Assembly: GCA_965238275.1 (NCBI GenBank)
Contig: OZ250186.1
Coordinates: forward strand, 992,001-1,056,000
DNA: 64,000 bases
Direction: 5' to 3'
Source: Nitrosopumilus sp.
GTDB lineage: Archaea > Thermoproteota > Nitrososphaeria > Nitrososphaerales > Nitrosopumilaceae
This document shows positions 9,926 to 19,058 of this stretch, one piece after another. Every line of letters starts with the position of its first letter. Position 1 is the first letter of the stretch. The translations under genes and the position numbers were made by a program. The notes below the pieces were generated by a model. The model was not told the DNA's origin, did no database searches, and worked only from the letters and a program-made list of their open reading frames with translations.

Positions 9926-10324
9926 ATGGCATTGGACACCGAGACCTGTAAGCATCAGCCTGTATACAATGGAGTGATAAACATCAACATAAACGAAAGA
10001 ACAATCGGTTCTGTCGATGTATGGCGGTGCGGTGCCTGCAAAAAACGATTCTGTGAAGAAAAGCAGCTTGGAATCGAGGAACTGGCGGATCTGGTGGGCA
10101 TGCCCAAAATAAGCCCCGATCAAAAGTGGGCAGTGACAGTATGCAAGTTACAAAAGGACAAGTACCGATGGAAACTGGTGAGGGTGAACCAGAACGGCAC
10201 CATCAAACACGAGTGCATTGATGAGCGGCAAGTCACACTCAATGTTGCAGAATACAAGGTTGACGACAACGATCACTGGAGCTTTCTAATTGACGACAAC
10301 ATCAACAAGGCAGTAGAGATTTAG
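9926..10324 (+). CDS. Hypothetical Cys-containing protein
   Basis: CKH...WRCGACKKRFC; operon-like spacing. Confidence 0.7.
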   Translation: MALDTETCKHQPVYNGVINININERTIGSVDVWRCGACKKRFCEEKQLGIEELADLVGMPKISPDQKWAVTVCKLQKDKYRWKLVRVNQNGTIKHECIDERQVTLNVAEYKVDDNDHWSFLIDDNINKAVEI

Positions 10325-10330
10325 GTTCTG

Positions 10331-10615
10331 ATGGATCTCAAAGTTCACATAAATGATGTTCACGGCAGTCAGATGGCAGCCAAGATCAACGGCCGATTCG
10401 TTTTGGACGGCACCGAATTTCATTTTACCGCAATTGCATTTGGTAGGATAGGGGGCCAGAACATAGGTGCAAAGATCTCCAAAACCACTGAAAAAAAACT
10501 GCAGGATCTGGGCTATGACCCGGATGAGGTCATCATGCTACTCCAAAGGAGCCTGCTTCAGGGAGACCTGAATCTTCCGGAGGGCCTTAAAAGGGAGTCT
10601 TTCGCAGACGGCTAG
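10331..10615 (+). CDS. Hypothetical protein
   Basis: 94-aa ORF closely following the previous gene. Confidence 0.7.
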   Translation: MDLKVHINDVHGSQMAAKINGRFVLDGTEFHFTAIAFGRIGGQNIGAKISKTTEKKLQDLGYDPDEVIMLLQRSLLQGDLNLPEGLKRESFADG

Positions 10616-11403
10616 AACTCGGCCTCTTCTAGCGCCTTGGCACAGGAGCATCCCCTCGAGTGTGGAACCCTGCCTATCAGGCTTGTCAGAAGATCCCTTG
10701 TCCTCTTGACGTTTTCAGATATGGTCGCCATGACTTCCTTTGTGGTGACTGGCTTTTCCGCCCATACGTCATAGTCTGTTACAGTCGCTATTGACACATA
10801 GCACATCTGGGCCTCCCTTGCCAGCTGGCACTCCGGAACCAGCGTCATTCCGATTATGTCTGCACCCGTAGACCTGTAGAACCGTGATTCGGCCTTTGTT
10901 GAAAACCGTGGTCCCTCAATGCATACGTACGTGGCATCGGCATGGATCTGCATGTCCTTCTCCTGCGCTGCTGCAAGTACTGATGATTGCATCTCCGGAC
11001 AGAATGGATCTGCCACTGATATGTGAATCACCCTGCCTTCTTCTGAAAACGAGCCCTTTCTTGACTTTGTAAAATCCAGAAACTGTGACGGCATGACAAA
11101 ACGACCCGGTGCCAGATCCTCCCTGAGGCTTCCCACTGCCGAGGGTGAGACGATCCTGCTAATTCCAAGCTCCCTGAATGCCCATATGTTTGCCCTGAAG
11201 TTGATCATGTGGGGCGGAATGGTATGGCCTCTTCCGTGCCTTGGAAGAAATGCGATCCTTCTTCCCTTGAAGGTTCCCACCGTGATGGCATCTGAGGGCA
11301 TCCCGTACGGCGTCTTGATGGTAATCTCGTGTACATCATCAAGAAGACCAGAGTCGTAAATCCCGGTGCCGCCAAATATTCCTATCTCTGCACTCTCTTC
11401 CAC
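10612..11403 (-). CDS. mtnP: S-methyl-5'-thioadenosine phosphorylase
   Basis: [34 protein letters not shown] and VTDYD motifs. Confidence 0.93.
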   Translation of the reverse strand: MEESAEIGIFGGTGIYDSGLLDDVHEITIKTPYGMPSDAITVGTFKGRRIAFLPRHGRGHTIPPHMINFRANIWAFRELGISRIVSPSAVGSLREDLAPGRFVMPSQFLDFTKSRKGSFSEEGRVIHISVADPFCPEMQSSVLAAAQEKDMQIHADATYVCIEGPRFSTKAESRFYRSTGADIIGMTLVPECQLAREAQMCYVSIATVTDYDVWAEKPVTTKEVMATISENVKRTRDLLTSLIGRVPHSRGCSCAKALEEAEF

Positions 11404-11915
11404 TAGTATTTCACCAATGACTTGCAGCCGTACCCTTTGATCTTTTTGGTTCCGTTGAGATCTGTCAGTTCGATGATAAACGCAAATCCTGCAACCGTCC
11501 CGCCAATCTTCTCTACGAGTCTTGCAGATGTCATCGCAGTACCGCCGGTTGCAAGCATGTCATCACATATGACCACCCTCTGCCCGCTGCTGATGGCATC
11601 CTTTTGGATTTCCATCGTGTCCTTGCTGTATTCTGTGGTGTATGTTGATTTTGCAGTCTTTCCGGGAAGCTTTCCTGCCTTTCTAATCATCACCATGCCC
11701 TTGTTGTATCTTGTGGCAAGCAAGCATGCCAGAATGAATCCCCTCGAGTCAATTCCTGCAAACAGATCGACATCCCTGGGGTTGTAATGCCTTGAAAACT
11801 CGTCTGCAATCGTGCTCATGGCTGAGGGATCCCTGAGCATGGGACCAAAGTCCCTGAATATGATTCCCTTTTTGGGAAAATTCGGATAGTCTGCTATTCT
11901 GTCTCTTAGGTTCAT
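11403..11915 (-). CDS. apt: Adenine phosphoribosyltransferase
   Basis: [27 protein letters not shown] and PRPP motif [13 protein letters not shown]. Confidence 0.95.
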   Translation of the reverse strand: MNLRDRIADYPNFPKKGIIFRDFGPMLRDPSAMSTIADEFSRHYNPRDVDLFAGIDSRGFILACLLATRYNKGMVMIRKAGKLPGKTAKSTYTTEYSKDTMEIQKDAISSGQRVVICDDMLATGGTAMTSARLVEKIGGTVAGFAFIIELTDLNGTKKIKGYGCKSLVKY

Positions 11916-12179
11916 ACCACACTGGCAAAACAGGTAAAATAAAATTGTTTGATTCTGCCGTGCGTGGTACCGTTCAGGGCTTGGGCCCGTATATGACGCG
12001 CAACTGTCATGAAACCTGGTACATCCGTACCTGCATTCCGGACGCCGTCAGAGTATTTTGCATGTGGCAGAATTTCTGATGAATCCGTCATGGATATGGA
12101 ATGGCAGTGGCGCTATCCTATTGCATGTGTGGTATTTGCAGACCGGGGCACCCGTTGGCCGGAATTGCCACGTTGGCAG

Positions 12180-14330
12180 CTATCGGGTTCCTATCTGGTA
12201 TGCGGTCTCTGCAGATCTGAAATGGTCACTGGCCTTTACGGTGTATACGCCGGGTTCTAGGTCTGATGGAATGCGCCATATGACTTCGGCCTTCCCTGAA
12301 TCTGTGGATACGATCTCCAGCATAGCTATCTCCTTGCCGTCACTTGAGGTTATTGTTATGATTACCTGGTTCCCGCTGCTGCCTGCCACCTTGATATCAA
12401 GCGTTCCTGAAATTGTCTCCCCTGGGGTTACCTGTATCGACATTCCGTCCTTGGCTGGCGCAAACACACCGATATCTATAGTGTCAAAGTTGGCGCCGCT
12501 TCTTGCAGTGATGGTCCATGTGCCGAGTACCGCATCGTGAGGAATTCTGAAGGTGGACTCTGTTATCCTTCCCTCCAGGTCAGAGTACGTCTCCTTGACC
12601 CTGATCACGTCTCCGTCGGGATCCATCAGTATGATATCTAGCAGGACGTTGGGAGACGTCTCACCCAGTATCAGCATCTGGTCGTCTGGTTCATAGTCGT
12701 ATTTTGTGGTCTTGATTTCAATCTTCCCGGATTTCGTGTCCAGTCCTACCGAGAATTTCTCATCGCTTGCCGAAGTCCCCTTGCTGACGACTGCAGTATA
12801 TATTCCTGGGACATAGTCTGACAGATCAAGCAGGTGTGTCTGTTTTCCGTTTACCTGCAGCGTTATTGATGTTGCATTATTTTTGGGTTTGTCAAACGGA
12901 TCAATTATGAGCAGACTGACAATATCGGATGCATCCCCAGTCAATGTAATTATCGCAATATCGTCTGGCCTGTAGTTTAGCTTGTCAAACTCCAGGTTGA
13001 CTGGAATCTCGGGCAGCTGCCCAAGCCCTGCATAGATGAGCTCCTCTTCAATGCCCTGTGTTGCAATCAGCGTGTATGTCCCCACCGGCGAGTTCTGCGT
13101 GGTTTCATAGCTGAGGCTTATTCTGCCATCCCTGTCCGTACGCAGTTCATCTGCGAGCAGCTCGTTTCCAAACGGATCCTCCAGAACCATCCTGATTGCC
13201 ATGTCCGGCAACGCTGTTCCGCTAAAGACAATGGTCTCGCCGCGGTCAAATTTTAACATGGGGGTGGATATGATGATGACCTGATTTGATTCTACTGTCA
13301 TCTGCCTTTGTATGCTCTCCCGTCCGTCGGTAACTGTTATGCTGAATTTGCCAAACGGTGCATCCAGCGGCACGATGATAGGCTCCTCCAGACTCCAGTC
13401 ACCTCCCGAATAGATCTCGGCTGTTCGGGAGTTTGTTATTACGCCATCCTGGGTTCTCATCTCAACTGTTACGACGTTGCCGGGATTTCCAGTACCTGAC
13501 AGGTCCAAAGAGGTTCCCCTGTGTGCCACTCTTGGGATTCCATCAACTTCCAAATCTATGTCATCTGATACGAAAATATTGACTGGCGTCTCCCTTACTC
13601 TTATGCTGATCTCCTTTTCCTGGTCATCCTCTGCTATGACTGCAAACACCATCCTGCCTGGCTCGATATTGCCCGGTATGTTCATCGTGGTGACGAACCT
13701 GCCTTTCTCATCTGTAGTGAAACTACCTGCCTCTACTGTATCTATGTGAAAATTAAATTCCCTGTCTGCCCCGAAACCGTCTCCGACTACCCTGATAGTT
13801 GATCCCACGTTGGGCGTCTCTGGAATTATCCTAAAGACTGATCCTGGCAGTATGCTTGGGTCCTCCTCCTCTTTTGGAGGTATCACCACCTGTTCACTGG
13901 GAATCTCTTCGGCAAACGTCTTGTTTGTGTCTATCTGGTTGCCGTCTGCATCCAGTGCCCTCCAGTTGATTCCAGCGGAATCCGAATCCATCTTTACCCC
14001 GAACTTTACAGACTCCCCTGGCATGAGCGGCGTCGCCGATGTAAATATCAGCACTCCATGGGGGGTTCTCTCACCCATCCAGCCACTTTCTGCCTTGAAT
14101 GACTTGAATGTGGCGCCGCTACCGGGCCAGATTCTGAGCAGTTCCATGTCCACTCCTGACTCGTTAGTAAACTCTATGACTGTGGTTCCCTCCAACGCTA
14201 TGCTGCTGGCATCGATTCCCTCTGCATGCGCCTCGGGCGTATATGCAACAGGTATAGCTACAAGTACTGCTACAAGCACAGCAAACGAAAGGAAAACCCT
14301 GCCTGATGGGGTTCTGTGCATTGACTTCAA
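12180..14330 (-). CDS. Secreted/surface protein with tandem Ig-like (MG2-like) beta-sandwich domains
   Basis: Signal peptide ending AHA; repeated Y..G(D/E)....G...DP.G......G.Y/W.I patterns. Confidence 0.8.
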   Translation of the reverse strand: MKSMHRTPSGRVFLSFAVLVAVLVAIPVAYTPEAHAEGIDASSIALEGTTVIEFTNESGVDMELLRIWPGSGATFKSFKAESGWMGERTPHGVLIFTSATPLMPGESVKFGVKMDSDSAGINWRALDADGNQIDTNKTFAEEIPSEQVVIPPKEEEDPSILPGSVFRIIPETPNVGSTIRVVGDGFGADREFNFHIDTVEAGSFTTDEKGRFVTTMNIPGNIEPGRMVFAVIAEDDQEKEISIRVRETPVNIFVSDDIDLEVDGIPRVAHRGTSLDLSGTGNPGNVVTVEMRTQDGVITNSRTAEIYSGGDWSLEEPIIVPLDAPFGKFSITVTDGRESIQRQMTVESNQVIIISTPMLKFDRGETIVFSGTALPDMAIRMVLEDPFGNELLADELRTDRDGRISLSYETTQNSPVGTYTLIATQGIEEELIYAGLGQLPEIPVNLEFDKLNYRPDDIAIITLTGDASDIVSLLIIDPFDKPKNNATSITLQVNGKQTHLLDLSDYVPGIYTAVVSKGTSASDEKFSVGLDTKSGKIEIKTTKYDYEPDDQMLILGETSPNVLLDIILMDPDGDVIRVKETYSDLEGRITESTFRIPHDAVLGTWTITARSGANFDTIDIGVFAPAKDGMSIQVTPGETISGTLDIKVAGSSGNQVIITITSSDGKEIAMLEIVSTDSGKAEVIWRIPSDLEPGVYTVKASDHFRSAETAYQIGTR

Positions 14331-14370
14331 GTTCTTGATCTCTCACTTAAACCTTAAAGAACTTTTACCG

Positions 14371-14431
14371 GTAAGTGGTTAGGTTTACGCCTAATTCCAC
14401 AATGCTGCAGACATCGAACCTAAACAGTTAC
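14371..14431. mobile_element. About 60-bp miniature inverted-repeat element, copy 1
   Basis: Imperfect TIR GTAAGTGGTTAGGTT...AACCTAAACAGTTAC, flanked by direct repeat CTTTTACCG (14362-14370 and 14432-14440); core identical to 16855-16914. Confidence 0.8.
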
Positions 14432-14562
14432 CTTTTACCGTATGTGCCCAAGTCCATGCTCAGGTTCTGGTCGGAGATAAGCATGAATGCTGACATGACC
14501 GCATATGCCTGTGCCTGCGTTTTTTCCCTGGCGTGTTGTGAGGTGCCGTATCCCCTGATGTC

Positions 14563-16656
14563 TCAGCGCCTGGGTCTCATGTCTTTATAATTGGGAGCCG
14601 GAGCGGCATTCTGATACTGCCTGATTCTCTCTGCAATAAGCCTGTACAGCGATCTGAACTGATCCTTGGTTTTGTCCGAGAGGAAGCCGGTCTCGCCCAA
14701 TGTGATCTTTTCACAGACGTACCTTGTGATGTCTTCATTGTCAAACACTCCCCAGCCGTCGTCTGCATGCTCCTCCCAGACAGTTCTCAGCTTGTCCAGT
14801 ATCCCCCTTCCATCCTTTGGCATGACATCCTGGGCGGTAATATTTGCAAACCCCTCGTTTCTCAGTTTTATCTCATATGTCTGGTTTACAGGATACATGT
14901 AATCCTCAGGTACGATATAGTCCTCTATCGACTCCAACTTCTTTCCGTTCATCTCAAAGATGATCGTCTGTACCGGCGAAAAGCCGTTGGAATTCAGATG
15001 TGTCGAGATCTGCTTGGATTCGTCCGTGTTGTCCAGCAGGATAAACGTCTTGTATCCGTGGTTTCTGTGAAATATTGCCAGAGGAAGGACTGCGTTCTTG
15101 TTGTATGCGGCTACAACGTTGAGCGGATTCATTGATATGTTTGGATCCTGAAGGAACTTGTCAAATGCGTTGAGATACATCGCATCGGACATCGTCTCCA
15201 CTATGATTACAGGTCTTGAGTTTGTTCCAATCTCCCGGTCCACTATGGATTCAACTTGGCCCCTTGAGAGTCCATAGAGGATAGGCGTCAGCGTCTTGTC
15301 ATCTGCATTCCAATAGTCATAAAAGATTCTGCTGAGGTGCTTTCTCTTGTCCAGCTCCACTACAAGCAGGTTTCCCGGCGTGTAGTCAAATATCATGAAC
15401 GGTGAGTGGGTTGCATACAGAACCTGGTTGGATCCGGCCAGGTTCTTGAGCAGGTTCGAGATTCCCATCTGCTGTGTGGGGTGGAGGTTTCTTGCAGGCT
15501 CGTCTAGCAGCAACAACGCCTCCTTCAGCTCCGCCCTCTGGGTTTCGGCTGCAAAGTTCACAATAAATGAAAACGTCCACTTGAAGCCCTCGGCCCTCCT
15601 GTTGAGCAGTCCTGTGTTTGTAATTGTTCCATCCCTGTGTACATCTGAAATTACCACACTCATGATGTTTCCCGGATTGTATCTTAGATCCACATGGATC
15701 GGTTCTCCCTTCCATGCAGGATTCAACTTTCTAGTCAGTCTGTTGCTTGCCGTGTTGAGAAGCTTTATGCATTTTGACGGGTTGTTCTTTACTGCCTCAA
15801 GCTCATCTATGTTGAGCTCTGCAAGATAAAAGAGGTTTCTTACAGTTTCAGCCCTGTCAAACTCCTCTATAACCTCGATGGAATTGGTTCTCTGATTGTT
15901 CTCTTCCCTGATAAACTCGTTAAGATTGATGCTGCCGTAGATCTTTTTGTAGTCTGAAAAGTAGACAAATCTTGGATGCATCTCTGATTCGATAAAATTC
16001 TGCATGGCAGTCTTTTCGCTGTTGCCGCTGAGCAGACTGGCAAACTGGTTTTCAGGGCTGTTGCAGATCTCCTCCCACTTCTCAATAACCTTTGGTTCCT
16101 GAACTGCTATCACCTGAAAATGGTTGCTAAACTCTGCCAGCTCCCCTTCAAACGTCTCCTGGTTCTTTGGAATAGACCCGTCAAAGAATTTTGTATCTAT
16201 CTGTATCCTCAGATGGTTTGGAATCGTATCCAGAAACCCGATAACCTGTTTTGTAAAGTTCTCCCACGAGTTAATATTGCCGCTATCCCCGTCGTCCAAC
16301 TCGATCTCATCAAACTTGTATTGAACCTTCGATCTTCTGTTTGTCCTGAACAGTCTGATCTTTTTTATCTCCGGAATTCCCGGAAACTTCTCCCTGATTA
16401 TGGCCGTTTCACGCAGATTCAGCTCAAACTCACCTTCGACTAGCTTGACCTCGTCTTTGAGCTCTTCACTCATTTCATCGCAAAGATCCAGCTCTGATAC
16501 CTGCTCGTCTTTGTTTAGCAATGTCAATGCCTGAAGGATGGTCGTCTTGCCACTCTCGTTTCTGCCAACAAAGGCTGCCAAATCCTCAACTGTTATCTCC
16601 CCAGAGTCATGAATGCAACGATATGCCCTGACTCTGAATTTTCTGAGTCGCATCAA
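14563..16656 (-). CDS. ABC/SMC-type ATPase with C-terminal TOPRIM-like domain (OLD-family-like ATP-dependent nuclease)
   Basis: Walker A GRNESGKT, LLLLDEP, ATHSP; IVETMSD and LLDNTD are TOPRIM-like. Confidence 0.8.
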   Translation of the reverse strand: MMRLRKFRVRAYRCIHDSGEITVEDLAAFVGRNESGKTTILQALTLLNKDEQVSELDLCDEMSEELKDEVKLVEGEFELNLRETAIIREKFPGIPEIKKIRLFRTNRRSKVQYKFDEIELDDGDSGNINSWENFTKQVIGFLDTIPNHLRIQIDTKFFDGSIPKNQETFEGELAEFSNHFQVIAVQEPKVIEKWEEICNSPENQFASLLSGNSEKTAMQNFIESEMHPRFVYFSDYKKIYGSINLNEFIREENNQRTNSIEVIEEFDRAETVRNLFYLAELNIDELEAVKNNPSKCIKLLNTASNRLTRKLNPAWKGEPIHVDLRYNPGNIMSVVISDVHRDGTITNTGLLNRRAEGFKWTFSFIVNFAAETQRAELKEALLLLDEPARNLHPTQQMGISNLLKNLAGSNQVLYATHSPFMIFDYTPGNLLVVELDKRKHLSRIFYDYWNADDKTLTPILYGLSRGQVESIVDREIGTNSRPVIIVETMSDAMYLNAFDKFLQDPNISMNPLNVVAAYNKNAVLPLAIFHRNHGYKTFILLDNTDESKQISTHLNSNGFSPVQTIIFEMNGKKLESIEDYIVPEDYMYPVNQTYEIKLRNEGFANITAQDVMPKDGRGILDKLRTVWEEHADDGWGVFDNEDITRYVCEKITLGETGFLSDKTKDQFRSLYRLIAERIRQYQNAAPAPNYKDMRPRR

Positions 16657-16854
16657 GCCATATTTAGTTGGCTTCGATTTAACTTATTCGACGTTTGATT
16701 TGGGAATTATATGGATTGGCAGACCCCACATATTGACAACGCTGTTCCACGCCGGCGAATGTTTGGTTGTCCCGTAGTGCAACCACGTGTTTGGGCAGCT
16801 GCATGCTTGTGCAACCCCGCCTAGATTTGGCTGGGACGAGTATGTACGCCTGAC

Positions 16855-16914
16855 TAAGTGGTTAGGTTTACGCCTAATTCCACAATGCTGCAGACATCGA
16901 ACCTAAACAGTTAC
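16855..16914. mobile_element. About 60-bp miniature inverted-repeat element, copy 2
   Basis: Identical to 14372-14431; flanked by CGCCTGAC (16847-16854) and CGCCCGAC (16915-16922). Confidence 0.78.
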
Positions 16915-16927
16915 CGCCCGACTCCGC

Positions 16928-18446
16928 TATAGTGAAAAGCGAAAGTCCGTGCAATTTTGAGATCCTTTTTAAGAAAATAAATCCCAACTACAGGTATGAT
17001 TGTCAGCAGAATCATCAAGATAACACAATCTCGGGAACTGTCGCGCAAGATCGTGAAATGCTCCCGGGAAACAGACATCATTTACGACATGACGATCATG
17101 ATGAAACTTGCACACCCGGGAACCACACAGTTTGATGTCAACAACCTGATAACAGGATGGCGCAGGGAATTCGGCCTGACCAACAGCGTCCGCATGCATG
17201 AGGCCGCCTCAAAACAGGCTTTCCAGGCGGCAGTCAAATTCCGCAAGGCAAACCGGCTCAAGCACAACAAGCGCATCTGGCGCAAGAAACAGATCAAGCT
17301 GGGGGAAAAGAAGACGTACAGGCACAACAGGTGGACCGAGCCGTCTGGCCTGATGAGGCGCGGCAGGAAAACAACCAGGCTGCGCTCGCTGAATTCACGC
17401 GGAAAGCCAAAACTGCGGGACGATGGCACCGTATTTCTGCCCGGACTCGGGGAAGTAAGGCCGCGCGTAAAGATCCCGGAAGGCAGGTTCGTGTCATTCC
17501 AGATGATTGATGTTACGAAAAAAGTCACGCGCAGGACGAAAGATTCTGACTGCGAATTCAGGCCGTGCCTGCAAATCGAGGTTCCGGATCCCGAACCCGT
17601 GACAGACGGCGACGGCGACAGCTGCAAGGCCGGATTGGATCTTGGAGTCAGGCACCTTGCGGCAGTCGCAGACGAGCATGGGAATGAAAAATTGTACAAT
17701 GTCCCGGGAGGCTGCAAGAGGCATGACGGCGACAGGATTGATCAGCTGAAATCACTTAGATCAAGATGCCAGACAGGCTCCAGAAGATGGAAAGAGATCG
17801 GCCGCAAGATAGCGCATGAATTGAAAAATATATCAAACAGGCAAAAACACAACGAGATCGACATTGCCAGGCGGATAACAAAAGGGCTGTCTACATTGTT
17901 CTTGGAAGACATGGATTTGACCAAGATGAGGCGATCCAACGGAAATTCCTCAAAGACGGGGCTGAACCGCGAGATGGCATACTCCAGGATGGGGGAGTTT
18001 CGATGTCAGCTTGAATGGCAGATGAAAAAGAAAGGCGGCGTTGCAAAACGCGTGAAATACAGGTACACGAGCCAGAAATGCGCTGCCTGCCAAATAGTGG
18101 ACAGGAAGTCCAGAAACGGCGAATCCTTTGTCTGCGTGTCCTGCGGGTGGTACCACCATGCCGACAAGAACGCGGCAAAAAACATCTTGGATAATGACTG
18201 TCTCCATACGGAGGAGACTGGCGGCCAAGCCCACGGGAATCGTGGAGGCACCATTGCAGGTGTCGAGGTCGTCACAAGGCGCGAGGATCACGGATCGGAT
18301 GGTTCTGGAATGAACGATTCGACAAGCCGGCTTGGACCCGGCAACAAGGATGATGATGATGTTGGAAGATCTGACAGAGCGCCGGAAAGAGCATCAGGAC
18401 ATGCTACAGAGAGATCTGTTTGCACGAACTTTCGCTCGCCGCTATA
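16928..18446 (+). mobile_element. TIR-bounded non-autonomous element carrying only tnpB, with TA-flanked IS630/Tc1-like ends
   Basis: Left end TATAGTGAAAAGCGAAAGTCCGTGCAA (16928-16954) vs reverse complement of right end (18420-18446) TATAGCGGCGAGCGAAAGTTCGTGCAA: 22/27 identical. Confidence 0.78.
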
Positions 18447-18447
18447 A
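16996..18447 (+). CDS. tnpB: TnpB-family RNA-guided endonuclease
   Basis: RuvC-I GLDLGVRH, RuvC-II LFLEDMDL, YTSQKCAAC...FVCVSCG zinc finger, RuvC-III HADKNAAKNI; all three acidic residues present. Confidence 0.93.
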   Translation: MIVSRIIKITQSRELSRKIVKCSRETDIIYDMTIMMKLAHPGTTQFDVNNLITGWRREFGLTNSVRMHEAASKQAFQAAVKFRKANRLKHNKRIWRKKQIKLGEKKTYRHNRWTEPSGLMRRGRKTTRLRSLNSRGKPKLRDDGTVFLPGLGEVRPRVKIPEGRFVSFQMIDVTKKVTRRTKDSDCEFRPCLQIEVPDPEPVTDGDGDSCKAGLDLGVRHLAAVADEHGNEKLYNVPGGCKRHDGDRIDQLKSLRSRCQTGSRRWKEIGRKIAHELKNISNRQKHNEIDIARRITKGLSTLFLEDMDLTKMRRSNGNSSKTGLNREMAYSRMGEFRCQLEWQMKKKGGVAKRVKYRYTSQKCAACQIVDRKSRNGESFVCVSCGWYHHADKNAAKNILDNDCLHTEETGGQAHGNRGGTIAGVEVVTRREDHGSDGSGMNDSTSRLGPGNKDDDDVGRSDRAPERASGHATERSVCTNFRSPL

Positions 18448-18466
18448 ATAGATATAAGGGAATTGG
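18200..18466 (+). ncRNA. Putative omega/reRNA scaffold plus flank-derived guide for TnpB
   Basis: Lies between RuvC-III and the element's right end, where TnpB guides are normally encoded; short hairpins visible (CCACG/CGTGG, GGCACC/GGTGTC, GCCGG/CCGGC, AGCAT/ATGCT); boundaries inferred. Confidence 0.45.
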
Positions 18467-18569
18467 AGATCCTAGTTAGTTGTATAACTCCAATCTCGTG
18501 CGTAAATTATCACCAATAAAACACGATCTAGACACGATTATGCAACAAACTAGGAGATCCTAAAACAAA

Positions 18570-19013
18570 ATGGCATCAAAGACCGTTCTTATATTTATAC
18601 TGCCTGTGTTGTTCTCGATAGTGTTTGGATCCGCAGTAATGGCCGATATTCTTCAAAAGCCTGATCGTACCCTGAATATGTGGCCTGTGTCATCTGAGAC
18701 CACATCTCATGAAGCCCTTGAGATCATCGGACTATCCGAGCACTACTCTGTATCCGAGTTAATAACAGCACAATTCGTAGTATCCGATCCCTCTTTTGAC
18801 TGCGCCGATCTATATGTTACAATTTATTCAGAAAACGTGTCTGTCAGCCAAAACGGATTCTTTAAACAATGTTTCGGGAATGAAGGCATCATTCCGGTAG
18901 ATGATACGTTCTCTGAGACCATTGACACTCCGGGATCCTATGAATTGGTGGCACAGCTTGGATCAGAAAACTTGGGATTCATTCTGGCTAGCGAAATATT
19001 TACTGTTAAATAG
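18570..19013 (+). CDS. Hypothetical exported/membrane-anchored protein
   Basis: N-terminal hydrophobic segment, beta-rich body with two Cys. Confidence 0.7.
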   Translation: MASKTVLIFILPVLFSIVFGSAVMADILQKPDRTLNMWPVSSETTSHEALEIIGLSEHYSVSELITAQFVVSDPSFDCADLYVTIYSENVSVSQNGFFKQCFGNEGIIPVDDTFSETIDTPGSYELVAQLGSENLGFILASEIFTVK

Positions 19014-19058
19014 GAACATCCTATGATAAATATGAGGCGATTCTAAAGGTGTGGTGTT

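Noticed and set aside
14371-16914. Composite transposon formed by the two 60-bp repeats around the OLD-like gene
   Set aside because: Each copy has its own, different target duplication, indicating independent insertions.
14372-16914. CRISPR-like repeats next to TnpB (Cas12f-type system)
   Set aside because: Only two 60-bp copies 2.4 kb apart with a gene between them; no repeat-spacer array or cas1/cas2 in the window.
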